NCBI GenBank assembly: GCA_001179505.1
Contig: CDMY01000382.1
Coordinates: forward strand, 27,524-91,523
DNA from: Vitrella brassicaformis CCMP3155
Taxonomy: Eukaryota > Protista > Chromerida
Direction of reading: 5' to 3'
Length of the DNA: 64,000 nt
Position numbers and translations under genes: made by a program. This document shows, one piece after another, positions 24,278 through 38,200 of the stretch. How positions within the stretch are numbered: position 1 is the first letter of the stretch; each line of letters begins with the position of its first letter. A model generated the notes under the pieces. It was given only the letters and a program-made list of their open reading frames with translations. It ran no database searches and was not told the DNA's origin.

Positions 24278-27102
24278 ATGGATGACTTAGGGCTGATTTG
24301 TTGGCTGCCCATCTTGCTGGGCTGGGTGATTCATCGGACCTTCTGCTTGCCTTCAGCCACCCACAGAGGCAAGAGCAGCTCTCCACCCGCGTGGATCTAC
24401 CTGCCGCAGGGACTCATGCCGACGAGAACTCTGCACATACGACCTCACATAAGCAACGCACGCACAGCGAGATCGTTAAGCAGTCCCATGAGTACCACCG
24501 ACGTGCAGCAGCCGACCGAGCGGAGTGAGGAGAAGAGAAAGTTACCGAGCGTCGAGGACCTGAAGCGCCTGCCGCTGCCCACGCTTCAGCGCATGTGCAA
24601 TCGGCTGAAGATCCGACCAGTCGGTGAGTGACAGACACATGCTTGATTGCAGGGCACGCCCACTCAGTGACCCGATTACATTCTTGTCCCTTTGTTCTCC
24701 ATGCAGGTTCCCGCGATGAGTTGATCGCACGGCTAGTCAAGTATGGCCTTGCTCGCAAGCAGACACCAGACACCGACCGGCAGCCACCAGACAGGGCAGA
24801 GGGTGACCCTGCCAGCTCAGCGCCGGCAGCCGAGTCGTCTCCAAGGCGGCAGATCTCCAATGCAGCCCAGATTCTGGCTCTGCATCGACTCAAGAGGAGG
24901 AGAATTGGCGTCGAGCCGGGGGAGCAACAACGAGAAGAAGCACCCACAACCACCACAGACGAGTCGGCGGCCATCGGTGAGGGCGGATCGATTGCTGAGG
25001 AGGCAGAAAAGAGTGAAGGAGACGAGCAGGACCTGCCGACGGACACGGACATTGAAAAGTCGGTCTTCAATCTTCCCAAGAGTGAGTACTCGAGGCGGAA
25101 ATGAGAAGTGCCTGTCCTGCCCCGAATGTCCTGCCCCGAATGTCTATCGATGGGTGACTGGGTGTGTGTCTTGTGTTCCATGCCATGCAGGGGCGGAGAC
25201 GTTCAGCTCGGTGGATGAGTTCTTCAAGACCAACGAAATGATGGACAATGTACGTCACGTCACGTCACGTCAGGGAGGGCGGTGCAGTGAGTGGAGTGGA
25301 GTGGGTCGGTTTCCTGTCGATCTCATTCATGTCTGTGCGCGATTCTCTCAGGAGATGTCGGGGATTGACGAATGGATGGACTCTGTCGAGCAATACGACC
25401 CCGAAACCAGCAACTTCAGGTGACCAAGAGACGGACAAACAGATGGCAAGGACCACAAGCGAACCATTCATGCATGGGTGTGTTGTCTGTCTGCTGGCTG
25501 TCAGGTCTGGCTACGTGAGCATCATCGGGACGCCGAATGTGGGCAAGTCGACCTTGATGAACGCCTATCTGCAGGAGAAGCTGTCGATCGTGAGCCCCAA
25601 GCCGCAGACCACCCGCCACCGCATCATGGGCATGCTCACCTCAGAGGAACACGAGGGACAAATCATCTACTCAGACACGCCGGGTGGGTGGGTGACCCGG
25701 GCAGGGCAATCAATGCACATGAGGGCAGGGCGGTCTGCATATGAGCGGCGCACATGTGATGTGCCTGTCCTGTGTGCATGTTTGTCGTCAGGCTTACTGA
25801 AGCCGATCTATCGGATGCACGAGGGGATGATGGGGTTCGCCCGCTCGGCCGTCAAGGACGCTGATGTCGTGCTGCTCGTGACGGACATCTTCCAGTCGCC
25901 AGACACATTCCCATCAGAGGTAGGAAGGAAGCCGACACAACGATAAGCAAAGAAGTATACCCCTCTCCCTCGTCCCATGTTCGGTTATCTATCTGCGTGT
26001 GTGTGGCTTCTTCAGGACATCTTTCAGCGGTTGCAGCACACACACAAGCCCATAGTGGTGGCCATCAACAAGATCGACCTCCTGCCCAACACAACCACAC
26101 ACGCGTCTGCACCTCCCCCACCATCACCACCACAAGACGCCTCTCTGCTGCCTGCCCCATCCACCAGCGCGCCTGCATCCCCATCTGAGACGCTGGAGCT
26201 TCAGCGATACAAGCTGGAGCGGCAGCAACAGCACCCGATGGACCCATGGCCGGCCGGCACGAGAGAGGCGGCCAAGAGCGTCCCGCCACTCGAACATCAA
26301 ATCGGTAGGGGGACAGACACAGGCAGATAGCTGGATGCCTTGGTAACGATTTCCTCTTCTGGAGGTGTGTTTCTATCTATTCGTTCAGCTGCCTGGCGGT
26401 CTGTGCTGCCCAACGCAACGATCTTTGGCGTGTCGGCGCTTGAAAGGAAAGGGCTGGAGCCCCTTCTGAAGGTAGGTGAGCGCTCTTACCGTTCCACGCG
26501 CAAGCATCACGATTCCCCGTTGTCTCATCTACCCATGCAGGCGATGATTGGCACCTTGCCAAAGGGTCCTCCCCTGTACCCGCCCAACCAAGTGAGCGAC
26601 CGCAGCGAGCGGTTCTTCGCTGCCGAGGTGATTCGCGAGAAGATCCTGCTGCAGTACCGCAAGGAGGTGCCCTACAGCTGCGAGGTGGTCGTCAGGTCAT
26701 TCAAGGAGACCGACCAGCAGATCAACGTCGAGGCCGACATATGTGTCATGGTACCATGACAAGAGATGGGGATTAGCGATGTCAGGAGAGTCAGTGTGCC
26801 TCTGTTGGGTGCATGCGTGTGTTCAGCGTGCCTCCCAGAAGCCGATCATTCTGGGGCACAAGGGCAGTGCCATCAAAGAGGTGCGTGAAGGACACTCTAC
26901 AGCACCGGACACGTCTGATCTCCATATTATCGTGTCTCCATGCGTGCAGTTGGGCATTGCGGCTCGCAAGGATCTGTCCGAGATGTTTGGCAAGCGAGTC
27001 TTTCTGCGCCTGACGGTCAAGGAGGCCAAGAACTGGCGGGAAGACGAGGCGCGGCTAAGGGAGTATGGTTACTTCAGCGATTACGTGCCCACTGCCCTGT
27101 GA
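24278..27102 (+). CDS. era: Era-family GTPase with KH domain, N-terminal SAP-like domain and probable bipartite plastid-targeting leader, multi-exon
   Basis: G1 [13 protein letters not shown]2 PKPQTTR, G3 DTPG, G4 NKID, G5 VSA; KH region EVIREKIL...EVPYS and [16 protein letters not shown]. Upstream [21 protein letters not shown]|[10 protein letters not shown]. In-frame ATG at 24278 precedes a hydrophobic then Ser/Arg-rich leader; alternative ATG at 24489. Confidence 0.88.
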
Positions 27103-28288
27103 CGCTAGGCGTGTCAGTCAGTATATTTGTCTCGCTGTGCGTACGTCACTCTATCTCTCTTGTGGTATGCCTGCCATATATATTGACTGACTGCATCTTC
27201 CTTCATCCGCCCGTCCGTCACGATCCCCCGCCCTGTCCAGTCCACATGCAAGATCCCACACACACGACACACGAATACGTATCACTTCGAACACGATCAG
27301 TCACAGACCGTGCCGGCCACCGACGTACGGCCATCAGCACGGATGCAGGCAGGCAGCTGTGAGAATGAATGAATGCACCAAGAAAATCGGTCGGCGAGCG
27401 GGCGACATTCGCCCTCTGCAAGTGGCTTGCACGATGCAACCACCCGCTCCGCACACACAGGCAGACAATCAGGCAGATCGAGACAGACAGACAGACAGAC
27501 GGACGGACAGCCAGAGAGATGGACACAGAGGTAGACAGACAGGCAAGTGGGCAAAAGAGGGAGAGGAGCACGATTTCCTCTCGCGGCCACTGATCCATCT
27601 TCCAATCACCGAACCATGCACTCACACACACAGACACACACGATGGCTGTACTATGGTCATTGCATGTCTGTGATCGTCGTGGATCATCCCGTCAAAACT
27701 ATCAAAATCGCATGCACGGACGCAGGCGGGCGGACGACAGGAGCCCGTCTCCTGCTCTCATATCTCCCCCATCCATGCTCACGTATGTCTGTATGCACTC
27801 ACTGCCCCGGGAAAAATGCAACCATCCCTTTCAGCACCACACACGCACACGCACAGCGATCGATATCATTTATGGCCGCAAAACAGATGAACATACCTTC
27901 TCCCTCCCTTCTCCCTGCTTCCCAGCAGCCAGCACAAGGGCCGCAGATGTATGTATGTGTGTGTATGCACTGTTGCGTGTGTGGATCGACTTCACTCTCA
28001 GAGGGAGAGAGACGAGCACGGGTGTGCCGTGCCGTGCCGTGCCGCACAGACGCGCCTTCCCAGGCCGGGCAAAAATTACAGCTACTGCATACGTTCCCAT
28101 ACCATCCCACCCCACACCATACGAATCGTCACCAGCCCCCGCCTCTCTCCCCAACAACAGTCTCTACAGCACAGAACAGCAAGTACACAAGACGACAGAC
28201 AGACAGGATATCCCATATCACCACTGCAACAGCCAAGTGCCCTCTCCCCAACTGCGAGCCCCAAAAGAAAAATCGGACCTTCTCGGCA

Positions 28289-30019
28289 CTACGAGTCACA
28301 CGATGCCTCTGCTGACGACCCCTTCTTGTCTCTCATGGCTTTTCGGGCTGCATCGTATCTCATGATGGACATCAGGTACACCAGTCCGAGTGCCTCATCA
28401 GCCGACCCAATCTCCACAGTGTACCTGGGTCGCTTCGACTCACCGCCATCCACAGTAGCAGCAGCGGCGGTCTGTGCACTCGCAGCTGCGCTCGTCGCAG
28501 TCGACCGACTCCGCTTCGAGAGGCGTTCGAGAGGCCGGCTGTCGTCTGAGCTATCTGCCGTGGCTCCTTCCTCAGATGACCCCCTATCGCCCATCTTGCT
28601 GCCTCCCCCACTGGCCAGAGTGACGCTCCGGTCGTCACCGCTCTCCTCCACAGCTATCACCTTCCCCCCCCTCTCTCCCGGCCGCCCATCGCCCTTCCCT
28701 AAGACGTCCTTGTGCAATGCGGGAAAGACCGGCGACTGTGGCCGGTGCACGCCGTCCAAATGTGGGGGATAGGCGTTGCGGCCAGACGTGTCGATCCGCG
28801 GGTGATGACCGTACGTAGCTATCTGTTGTCGCTGGCTGGGGGGATAGTACACCATGTGGCCGTGGGGGAAGGGGTGGGGGTATGGCGGGCGAGACATCAT
28901 CACGTGGACGCATGGCGGGCTCGTGGCAGGAGGGCGATACGTGACCGGGTCGAGTGACGTGGCAGAAGTGCTTGGTCCTCGCGCCACTTCATCCCGGTGT
29001 GCCGGCGATGTGGCCGTCGGCGCCAGCATGCTGAACGATCGGTCGGTGAGAGGCGTCGACCCGAGGATGGAGCGCCGCGCCCGACGCATCAACGAGTTGA
29101 AGCGGTTCTTGACCTGATGCTCGGTGCGGCCTGCAGATACCAATGGTCAGTAAGTCGCGCTGATGTGAGGGTGTGTGCCACCTAGCGACCCACCTGTAAG
29201 CAGTTTGGCGATCTCGCTCCACCTGTTGCCTAACTGTGCCTGCTTCTCGAGTATCAAATCGTCCTCATCCGCACTCCAACCACCCCTGACGGCATAAACA
29301 GACATACCCTCCTGCAGTGCCTCATTTGCAAATGTGGAATGACCATTACTTTCTCTTTGTTGGGTCGAGGTGGTTCGACCACCGCTCGCGACACTGACGG
29401 GCTGCAATCAATAAGCCAATTAACAGACAGGGGATAGATACCGTCTGCGCCTGTTTCAATGAATGTCGCTCCTGTCCTCACCTGTGCGCACTTCCCTGTC
29501 GCCGTGGACCTTCTGATTCAGCAGGCGGCACACAGACGACCACCTGGATGAAGCAACAGTCCACACGAAAGGAGGATGACAACCATTTTTGTTGTCCACT
29601 CCACTGTGTGTTCTGTCTCACCTGGAGGGTCCGTATGCAGTGACGAGCCGAAACAGTTCCTCATCCTCTTCATCTGTCCACACGCTCGATGGCGGCCCAC
29701 CACTCTGAAAGTCAAACGGAAATGGATAGCTGCGTCGAGTGCTGCGTCTTCTGGCGCTTACCGAGTTGCCCGTTCTCAGCCAGTCATCGGTCTGTGTCTG
29801 TGTGATGTCCAGCTCCCTCTCATGGACCACACGCGCGTCGTCATCTGCAAGACGCTCGACAGGAAGCGCCACTCCGCGGTAGAGGGCAGTGCGGGCGTTG
29901 GCCTTGGGATGTTTCTCAGGTTGTGTTTCTCGTGACGATGCAGAGGCGTCCCTCTTGCTTGAGGCGCGCTGCGGCAGCGGAGCGATGCAGGATGCTCCTA
30001 GCTGGCTTTCCATCGCCAT
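28289..30019 (-). CDS. MYB: R2R3-MYB transcription factor, multi-exon
   Basis: Spliced repeats WTDEEDEELFRLVTAYGPSRWSSVC...RQCRERWSNHLDP and WSADEDDLILEKQAQLGNRWSEIAKLLTGRTEHQVKNRFNS, followed by a low-complexity C-terminus. Confidence 0.92.
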
Positions 30020-30171
30020 GATCTTGGAATAATCCAGTGCAAACAGGCAGAGGCGTCGCGTGGAAGACAGGCATGCCGGAGGTCGGCGCCGATTGAAAAG
30101 CTCGCCATTTTAAGCTCGCATTTCTCCCCGTTTCTTTTTTCTGTTGATTTCCCAGCCAGAGCATCCGTCAG

Positions 30172-31328
30172 ATGGCGTCCGCGGCTCACGACTTGTACGG
30201 CCCTCCGCGCCGCGGCCGTGCGGAAGGGTGGGATTCGAATGAGGATGACAGCTTCTGGGAACGGAACATCAACACGCCAGAGGGCGACGACTCATCGCCA
30301 TACGACATCGACCTCCATTTTGCACTGAGCGTCATCGAAGAAGACGTGAGTGACGCCGGCGGTGACACAGCCAGAAACACACGCCGTCTCTTCATCGGAT
30401 GATGTTCATCCCGTCCCCGTGTGTTCCTTAAGGTGCTTGAGACAATTCGAAAGGAGTTTGTGGCGATGGATAAGGAGATGTCTGGCGCAATCGACGTCAA
30501 GGACCTTCCCAAGCTGCTCGATGGTCAGTCAGCTGCTCTCCCTGTCAGACGCCCGTCCCCGTGCGATGCGATGTGGTGCCTGTGTGCAGTGTTGGGTGTG
30601 GGCCACCATGGTGCGGATGAGACAGGGGCCATGCACGCGGAAGATGTGTACCACTTCCTCTCATACATCGAACAGGACGACGAGGGACGCATCAGTGAGC
30701 CCTGACTGTCCGGACACACGGGGGGGAGGGAGACACAGGGAAAGGATGACTCTCTCCCTGGCGCGTGTCTGCATACGTGTGTGCGTGCGTGTGGGTGTGG
30801 GTGTGGGTGTGCAGCGTACGCTGAGTTTGTGGAGGCCTTCAAGAAGATGCGGGAGAGCCAATTGAAGATGGAGAGCGACCTAGACACACGTAAGTGCCTT
30901 AGTGAGACATAGACAGCCAAGTTCATATCCAATGAGTGTGTCTATGTTGCTGTGTTTTCTGTGTGTATGGTCTGGTACGGCAGTCGCTGCGTGGACGGCC
31001 CTCGGCGGCCACGAAGACGGCAGTGGGTCGCTAGACACTGGTCCGTGCTTCATGTATTGGATGGATGGAGTGAAAATGGGTGTGTGGAGTGTGCGTGTGT
31101 CTGTCTGTCTCTCTGTCTGTGTGTGTGTGTGTGCAGCGTTGCTAGTGAAGATGGTTCGCGACGACTTCCAGCTGCCTGACGAGGTGGTGGGGTTTGTCAA
31201 GCGGCTCGACTACAACAACAGAGGACACATCGACTACGATGTGGGTCAGGGGGGTCGGCAAGCGACACATTGTCTGTGTCTGTCTGTCTATGCAGGGGTT
31301 CTGCGAGATTTTCCAGCCTTGTGCGTGA
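30172..31328 (+). CDS. EF-hand calcium-binding protein, multi-exon
   Basis: EF-hand loops DKEMSGAIDVKDL, EQDDEGRITYAEF, DYNNRGHIDYDGF across GT-AG introns; stop at 31326-31328. Confidence 0.8.
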
Positions 31329-32622
31329 GCAATGGAAGGAGTGGGTGAGTATCGATCGGATCGATGTTCCGTATATATGTGTGTTGGGTGCGGTGCCTAC
31401 GGGAAGCGTGTACGTGTGTGTTTGTGTGTAACAGATTGCATCATTGATTGAAATGGATGGAAAAAGGTCAATCGGCGAGCCACACAGCGTGTCGCTCGCT
31501 CACACGTACAAAGAGACAGACAGGTTGGTTATGAGGAAAGGTGGGAGGGAGGGAGGGAGGGAGGGGCGCGCGCAGGACCACAGGCACTTCAGTCACTGTC
31601 CACACACCGCACACAGCCACAGCCACATCCACTCACTCACGCACACAGGCACAGCATACACACCTCCCGTCCATCAGTCGATCCATCCGCCGGCTGTGGC
31701 TTCCCTGCCTGCCTGCATGGCTGCTCTCCTCCTCGATGCACCGCCGCCCACACACCGACACAACACATTTAAAACAGAGCACCGCGAATTACACACACAG
31801 ATCTCGTCTTCTCGCCCTCTGTGTGCAATCGTCCCCGCAGTGGTTCGCACCGCATCAGCGTTTCTCGATTGGCAGATGTATGGCTCTCAATCAAGCGCTG
31901 CTGATGCTGCTCCTCCACCACCACCACAAGAGCGACAGTCACCGAGGCATCCATGCCATCTCATACACACCACCCACACATACAAGCATCAAACACTACT
32001 CCCTGTCTCTCTTTGGCTCGTTCGTCTCGCTGCGCTGCGTAGGTGTGTGTCGTGTCCATCTCAGCTGTCTGCCTATCGAATCGAGGGTCGCCGGCTCGGC
32101 TGCTCCTTCGTTGGCGGTCGTCAGGCTGAGGAAACTGGATTGGTCTCCTCACCCAGCCGATCGCTGACGAAGGCAGGCACGTTTCCATCCACACGAAGCA
32201 GACGCAGAGAAAGTGGGTGCATCACAAGGCAGGAAAAAGAGAGCAAACACTGTCTGGCTCGCTGGCTGTCCACTCACTCGCAGCTCACACCTGAGCTACA
32301 CAGATCTCTGTCCCACGTGATGTGATCGATTGGTTCATCCATCCATCGGCTGGCTACCTAGACACACACCTACAAAAACATGACTGACGAACGACAGACA
32401 ACACTTTCCCCCCTTGTGCACGTAGCGTAGTTGGTTTGGTTTGTGCTCTTAACACGCTGTATCTATGCATGTATGTATGTATGTATGTACACACAACACA
32501 ACAAACACTCGCCCTCAGTTACGCAATCCTCACTCCTCAGCTCGACGCACATCAAACCAATGGATGGCCATATAAGTAAGTTGGGTGTGTCTGTGTCTGT
32601 GTATGTGTGTGTGTGTCTTAAG

Positions 32623-34646
32623 TCACTGTCCCCCGGGCGCGCCCCCCTGTCCTCCCTGGCCTGGCGGCTGCTGCTGCGGCTGCTCCTCCTCCATGATGTC
32701 ATTCATGTTCTCAAACAGATAGTTGGCCGCCAACTCCTGCACACACACAGTCATCCAGGATGCACACAGACACACAGGTGAGGGTGTTTTGGTGGATGGA
32801 TGGATGGATGGGAGCAGCGATGGGTGTGTGTGGTGACCCACCTCGTTCTTGTCGCAGCTGATGTACGCCTCGGCGGCAGCATGGCGCGAGAACCCGAGAG
32901 CCTCCAACTGACAGATATAAGACCCATGCACTCACATGGAGGAGTGTCGATCAATGGCTCACCCGCTGCACCGCCTGGTCGTCCTCAGGCGTCAGCTGCA
33001 CCGTGATCACTTGAGCTGAGCCACACCACACACGAGCACCCAACACAATGACCGACAAGGCAGGCACGCGTCTGGTGTGTGTGTGAGGTGTCTATCTACG
33101 TGGCTGCGGTCCGACGGGCTCCTGGAGTATCCGCACAAACTCCTCAGGATGCTGCTGGATCAACGTCATGAGCTCTGGGTTCTGCACCGAGATGGACTGC
33201 AGGATCTGATTGAGCGACTCGGGCTGACTCTGGGGGACACAATAATACATACAATACATCAGACAACAAGTGGGGGGACAGCACCCATCCATCCATCCAT
33301 CCATGCATCCATCCGATCTGTCTCCTCCTCTGTCAAGTGTGACTCATCATCTCACCTGCACGAGTGCCCGCAGCTGGTTGAACTGGGGGTAGTTCCGCAA
33401 CGCAGCCAACGGACCGCCCTGCCATCCATCCATCCATCCATCCATACCAGCACCTATCCGCACTCAGATCTGGTCGTTGTGTTGTCTCTCACCTGTCCCT
33501 CGCCAGGTTGCTGTTGCCCTCCCATGGCCGGCGGCGGCTGCTGTTGCTGCTGCTGCTGCTGCCCCATTGTGGCCGGCGGCGCCTGCTGCCCCCCGGCACC
33601 CGTCATGGCTGCAGCGGGCGGCACGGCCGTCCCAGCAGGGGCAGGGGGAGGAGCCTGCGGCTGTGCACCGCCCGGGATCCCCTGCACACCACGCCCATAC
33701 ACACCACACGCACATACAATACACACAGGCCACGGGTGTCTTGTGTTGTGTCGGTTAGTTGCTGGTCGTGTCGTGTCGTTGTGTCTGTCGGTCATGTGAA
33801 GTACCTACCGTCATGAGGTACTCGACGGCTCTGTCAGGGTTGTTGAAGGCGGCGCGCATGGCCAGCTGCACCTGCGCCCGGTCGAAACCCATGTCAACGA
33901 TGTTCTGAATCGCCTGCATAACATGACGGAAGGAAACACAACCACATCACAACACAGCACAGCATGCGAGTCCCCCGGACCTCCCTCCCTCCCTCCCTCG
34001 GTCGCACACTCACCGATTCGAGATTTTGTCCAGTGATGAGTGCCGATGCCGCCTGGTCATACGACGTTCCAGCATCACCACCCGCACCCTCAGTCGTGCC
34101 CGCAGTCTGCTGCTGCTGCTGCTCGGTCGGCTGCTGCGCCGGCTGCTGGGCGCTGGTCTCAGTCGACGGAGCCTGTGGTGCTGCTGGAGGGGCAGCAGGT
34201 GCTGTGGAGGCTGGCGTGGTGCTGTTGGCCGCTGGGGCAGCGGCGGGCGGGGCAGCAGCGCCTGTAGTGCCTGCTGCGGCAGGCTGGGAGGGGGACTGAC
34301 CGGCAGGAGCAGGCTTCTGCAACACATAGACACACACATATGGACAGGCCGACATGCATGCTGTCCATCGTGTCGTTGTGTCCCGTTGCCTGTTTCTGGC
34401 CCTCCCTCCCTCCCTACCCACCTTTTGGCACATGATGACGAGTGTGGTGTTTTCCTCGATTTGGTAGTCGCTGATCTTTTGGTTGTCGGAGAGGATCTTG
34501 CCGGAGCAGATGACCTTCATGACGTCGGCCTCCATCTCCGGCCACACGCCCTGTATCTTGTCCTTGAGCGTCCGTATGCTGTCCGACGGCTCCACATCCA
34601 CCTCCTTCGGATCCTTGTCCTTCAGAGACTTCACCTTCAGCTTCAT
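32623..34646 (-). CDS. RAD23: RAD23 UV-excision repair / proteasome shuttle protein (UBL-UBA-XPC-binding-UBA), multi-exon
   Basis: [11 protein letters not shown]...[11 protein letters not shown]; AASALITG; [29 protein letters not shown]; STI1-like [26 protein letters not shown]; second [34 protein letters not shown]. Confidence 0.95.
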
Positions 34647-35209
34647 CGCTACCTACCACTCACTGAATGACACGGTGCTCACGACCTCGCCGACAAACAA
34701 CAGCACACGTCACGGACCCAGATCAACGCGGGAGCTGAGGTCTGGGCACAACAGCTCGCATTGCTGTCCAAGCTCGCACTGGCTGGCCACCTGGGGATGG
34801 GCGGTATCTACGTAGTCATGGTGCAGGATGCACGCATGCACGCCGCCTTCAAGCTGCTGCTGGGGTGGCGTGTGTGCGACGTCGTGTGCCTGCCTGTATG
34901 TTGCCGTCGTTCGCGGCACATTGCATGTCCTCCTGTTTGCTGCATCTGCCCTCTGCGTGCTGCGTGTTGCGTGCCCGGGTTGCATGTTAGGGTGCGTGTT
35001 TTCATGTTGGACAGACCGACAGACAGGGGACTTGGCCGCCAGGCCGCCTAGGGTGCTCCCTGAAACCGCTGCTGCTGTCCAAGCTCGCAAATGTGCCCAC
35101 CACCACCACCGCCAGAGGGGATTCGCGGCGATGGATGGACAGGAGCATCTACGTGATGTACATTCAGGAGGCGGCTGCTACTGGATGAGTCTCCCACCAT
35201 CTACCCCGA

Positions 35210-38200
35210 ATGACTGAGGAGCTCCCTATTCCAAGAGGTGCCACCAGCAGCTGTGGCGTCACCGGGCCTACGGGTGGCCGCCTGCTGTTCAAGCTTCCGG
35301 GGTGGACGTCAGGAGTCCCTCTGCGAGTCGTCGCTGCGTCGTCGGCTGAGAGCCGGCAATGGGCAGTCCCGGCGACCTTCGAGGCGGCGGATGCTGATGT
35401 GCCTGCTGATCAGCTCAAGCCTCTCACCCACTACCTCTGCCTCTACCCGGATTTGGGGGTCATGCTGGCTCACTGTGGCGACGAGGGGCAGCAGACAGCG
35501 GCCGCTTCGTTCTTCAAGATCATGGGCAGGCTCAAGAAGAGGGCGCTCAAGGGGCGGAAAGTGTCCCGCTCGGCCGACAAGCGTGTCTACTTCGAGGTGC
35601 CGGCAAACGAGAACTGCCTCTATGTCTTCTTCCACGACGATGCTGCGGCATCCGGTCTCCCGGAGAGCGCGGCGAAGTGGTCGCTCATCGACGCAGTCAG
35701 GGATCGTCTCAGGCCGCTGCCAACCGATGAGGAGTACAAGGCTCAGCTTGATCGGTGGCGGAAGATGGCACAGGATCAGGCTGCCCCCAAACACACCGCT
35801 GCTGCTGCTGCTGCTGCCGGTGGTGTGGCGTCCACCGAGCGTGAGAGGGATGACGTGGAGACCTCCCCCAACGGCGCCGGGTCCAACCCCAGCCCCTCGT
35901 CGCCGCAGGCCAAGGAGGCCCCCCAACAACCATCCACCACCAATCAAGACACCGCTGGCAACAACGACGGCACGCAGCGCGGCGGCCATGAAGCGAAGGC
36001 TCCTGCGGCATCAAACGGAGAGGCACAGCAGTCAAGGGAGCAGCCAAAGCAGCAGGAGACCGTCGAGGTCCAGCCACGGGAACCACCAGCACAGGACGAG
36101 GGAGATGCCAAGCCGTCACCTTCCCGCCCCGCCGACGCGCCCGCTGTCGACGAGGCCAAAGCCAAGGAGCCGCCACGGCCGCCCATCGTTGCTGCAGCCA
36201 AGAGCAAGCTGCGGCCGCCAAAGTCGCCGGCACAGAAGGGCACAGATGCCAGCATCGAGGGGAGAGCCGCAGAGAGGGAGAAACAAGCTGAGGGAGCGGT
36301 CGGCAAATCTGGTCAGGTCGCTGCTGCTGCTGCTGCTACTGCTGCAGGAGGCCAAGTCGACGAAGCAGGACCGGCTCACCGTGACAGTGACGTCCCAATG
36401 GAGCCTCCGTGTGCCCCACCACCTGTGGTCATCCCGACCCCCGTTGCCCCGCCTGCAGCACCACCACCACCCCGTGAGGACGCGGTCACGGCGCCACCAC
36501 AACCGCCCGCCCCCCGCTGTCCACCACAGACAGAGGTGAGACAGACGGAGCACCATATGGGCGGCGTCCTGATTCATGCATGCGCCTCTCATCTGTTGTT
36601 TGTGTGTTGATGCTGTGCTGCAGCCACCACCATCACCATCACCATCGCCGCCACGGCCCGCCCCTTGCCCTCCACCGCTGCAGAGAGAGGAGCCACCGAA
36701 GGAGCCACCAAGGCAGCCCAATGGAGCCCAGCCACCTGCTCCTCCCGATGAGGCGACGGTGCCTCCGGCACCACCCCCGCTGATCTTGCCGCCCATTGGA
36801 GTCGGGCAGGCGGAGGCGGAGAGGGCCATGGTTGTTCCTCCCGTCCGAGAGGTCGATGCTGCAGCACATCTTGCCGCTATCAACGGAAGGCGTCGCCCCA
36901 AGAAAACGCCGGCATCGTCGCTGGTGCCGCCACGACCAGACCAAGGAGGGGAGGACGTGAAGCCGCCTGGCGGGGGCGGCAGTGCTGGTGTGTGGCTGCT
37001 GGGGTGTGTGGGAGAGCTCGTCGATCGGGCGGCGGATGCCGGGGCGAGACGAGTAGACATCAGCCATGACTACTGGTGGGAGGGACGAAGGAAGGAATGC
37101 ACGAAGCGAAGCGAGAGACCATTCATTTGATGCATGTGCTGCTTGTGTGTGTGTGTGGGTGGGTGTGGGTGTCTCACCAGGCGGCAGTGCATCGTTGTTC
37201 GGGATGACGGTGCCGGCATGAGTAGCGACGGGCTGAGGGAGAAGCTCAGGAAGACGCCCGTGAGACCTGGCCAAAATGTTCCGCTAAACCAAAGCCCACT
37301 CGAGCGGTATGCTGTGCCGACACATGACATTCATTAGACAACACCCACCCCACTGGCACACGCGTCATGACGCCCGTTGTGTCTGTCGTCACTGATTGAT
37401 GCAGCTTCCCTGGCGCCTTCCAGCGCGCCATTCGATGCCTGAGTGACTCTGCCCTCGTGCTGTCCGTCGCCAAGCACCCAGACACGTCCAAGCAGGAGGC
37501 CGCCATCGGCTATCTCTACAAGCGCACAGACGACAGCAAGGGGCGGGATGTTTATGTGCTGCAGCACGGGTCGGCGACCGTGAAGATCAATCGACATGAG
37601 GGGGGCGGGGGGGAGGGGAGTCGGTTGGATGGGGTGCGTGTGAAGGTTGGGGCCATGGATGAGGTCATGTTGGAGGCCATCAAGGAGAGGACGGGTCTCA
37701 CCAAGGGCGATATAGGTGAGTGAGGCAACCACGCACACACCGTACTGACACCGTACCCCCGTGTGTGTGTGTGTGTGTGTGTGCAGATAAGGAGGTGTGT
37801 CGGCTTGTTTCGCTCACCGTCGACAAGAGGCTCGTGGTCGACCAACGCGTCGAGGCCATGTGCGAGGCGAACGGCACATCCGTCATGCTCTACCGCCTCA
37901 CAAAGCCACACAAATCGTCACATCTACGCATCGGAATGCGTAAGCAGACCACTCTCAACCCGTCACTCACCTGTCCACACACTTCTCCCTCCGCCTCTCA
38001 CATTGACATTCAGGCGCCTTCTCTCCCGAGAATGAGGCGGTCCTCCGCACCGACACTTCGTATCACCTACCCTCTTTCTACCCATCCCCAACTCAGCAGC
38101 AGCAGCAGCAGCAGCAGGAGGACCTCTCGATGTCCCTGCCGGCCGTCTGCGGCACATCCTTTTCCCTCCAGGCCTACCTGGAGCACCTCTACATCATTCA

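Noticed and set aside
27359-28365. 318-aa and 272-aa ORFs downstream of Era
   Set aside because: CA-repeat-derived low-complexity translation in the convergent 3' UTR region between Era and MYB.
31444-32325. 293-aa and 208-aa ORFs between the EF-hand gene and RAD23
   Set aside because: Microsatellite-rich, His/Thr-biased translation typical of UTR or intergenic DNA; no consistent exon chain found.
35238-36539. 433-aa ORF overlapping the MORC-like first exon, and many similar long overlapping or antisense ORFs (e.g. 22440-23108, 40045-40704, 41252-42181, 58469-59305)
   Set aside because: Shadow ORFs caused by high GC and codon bias of the real gene; no motifs, and the primary frame explains the composition.
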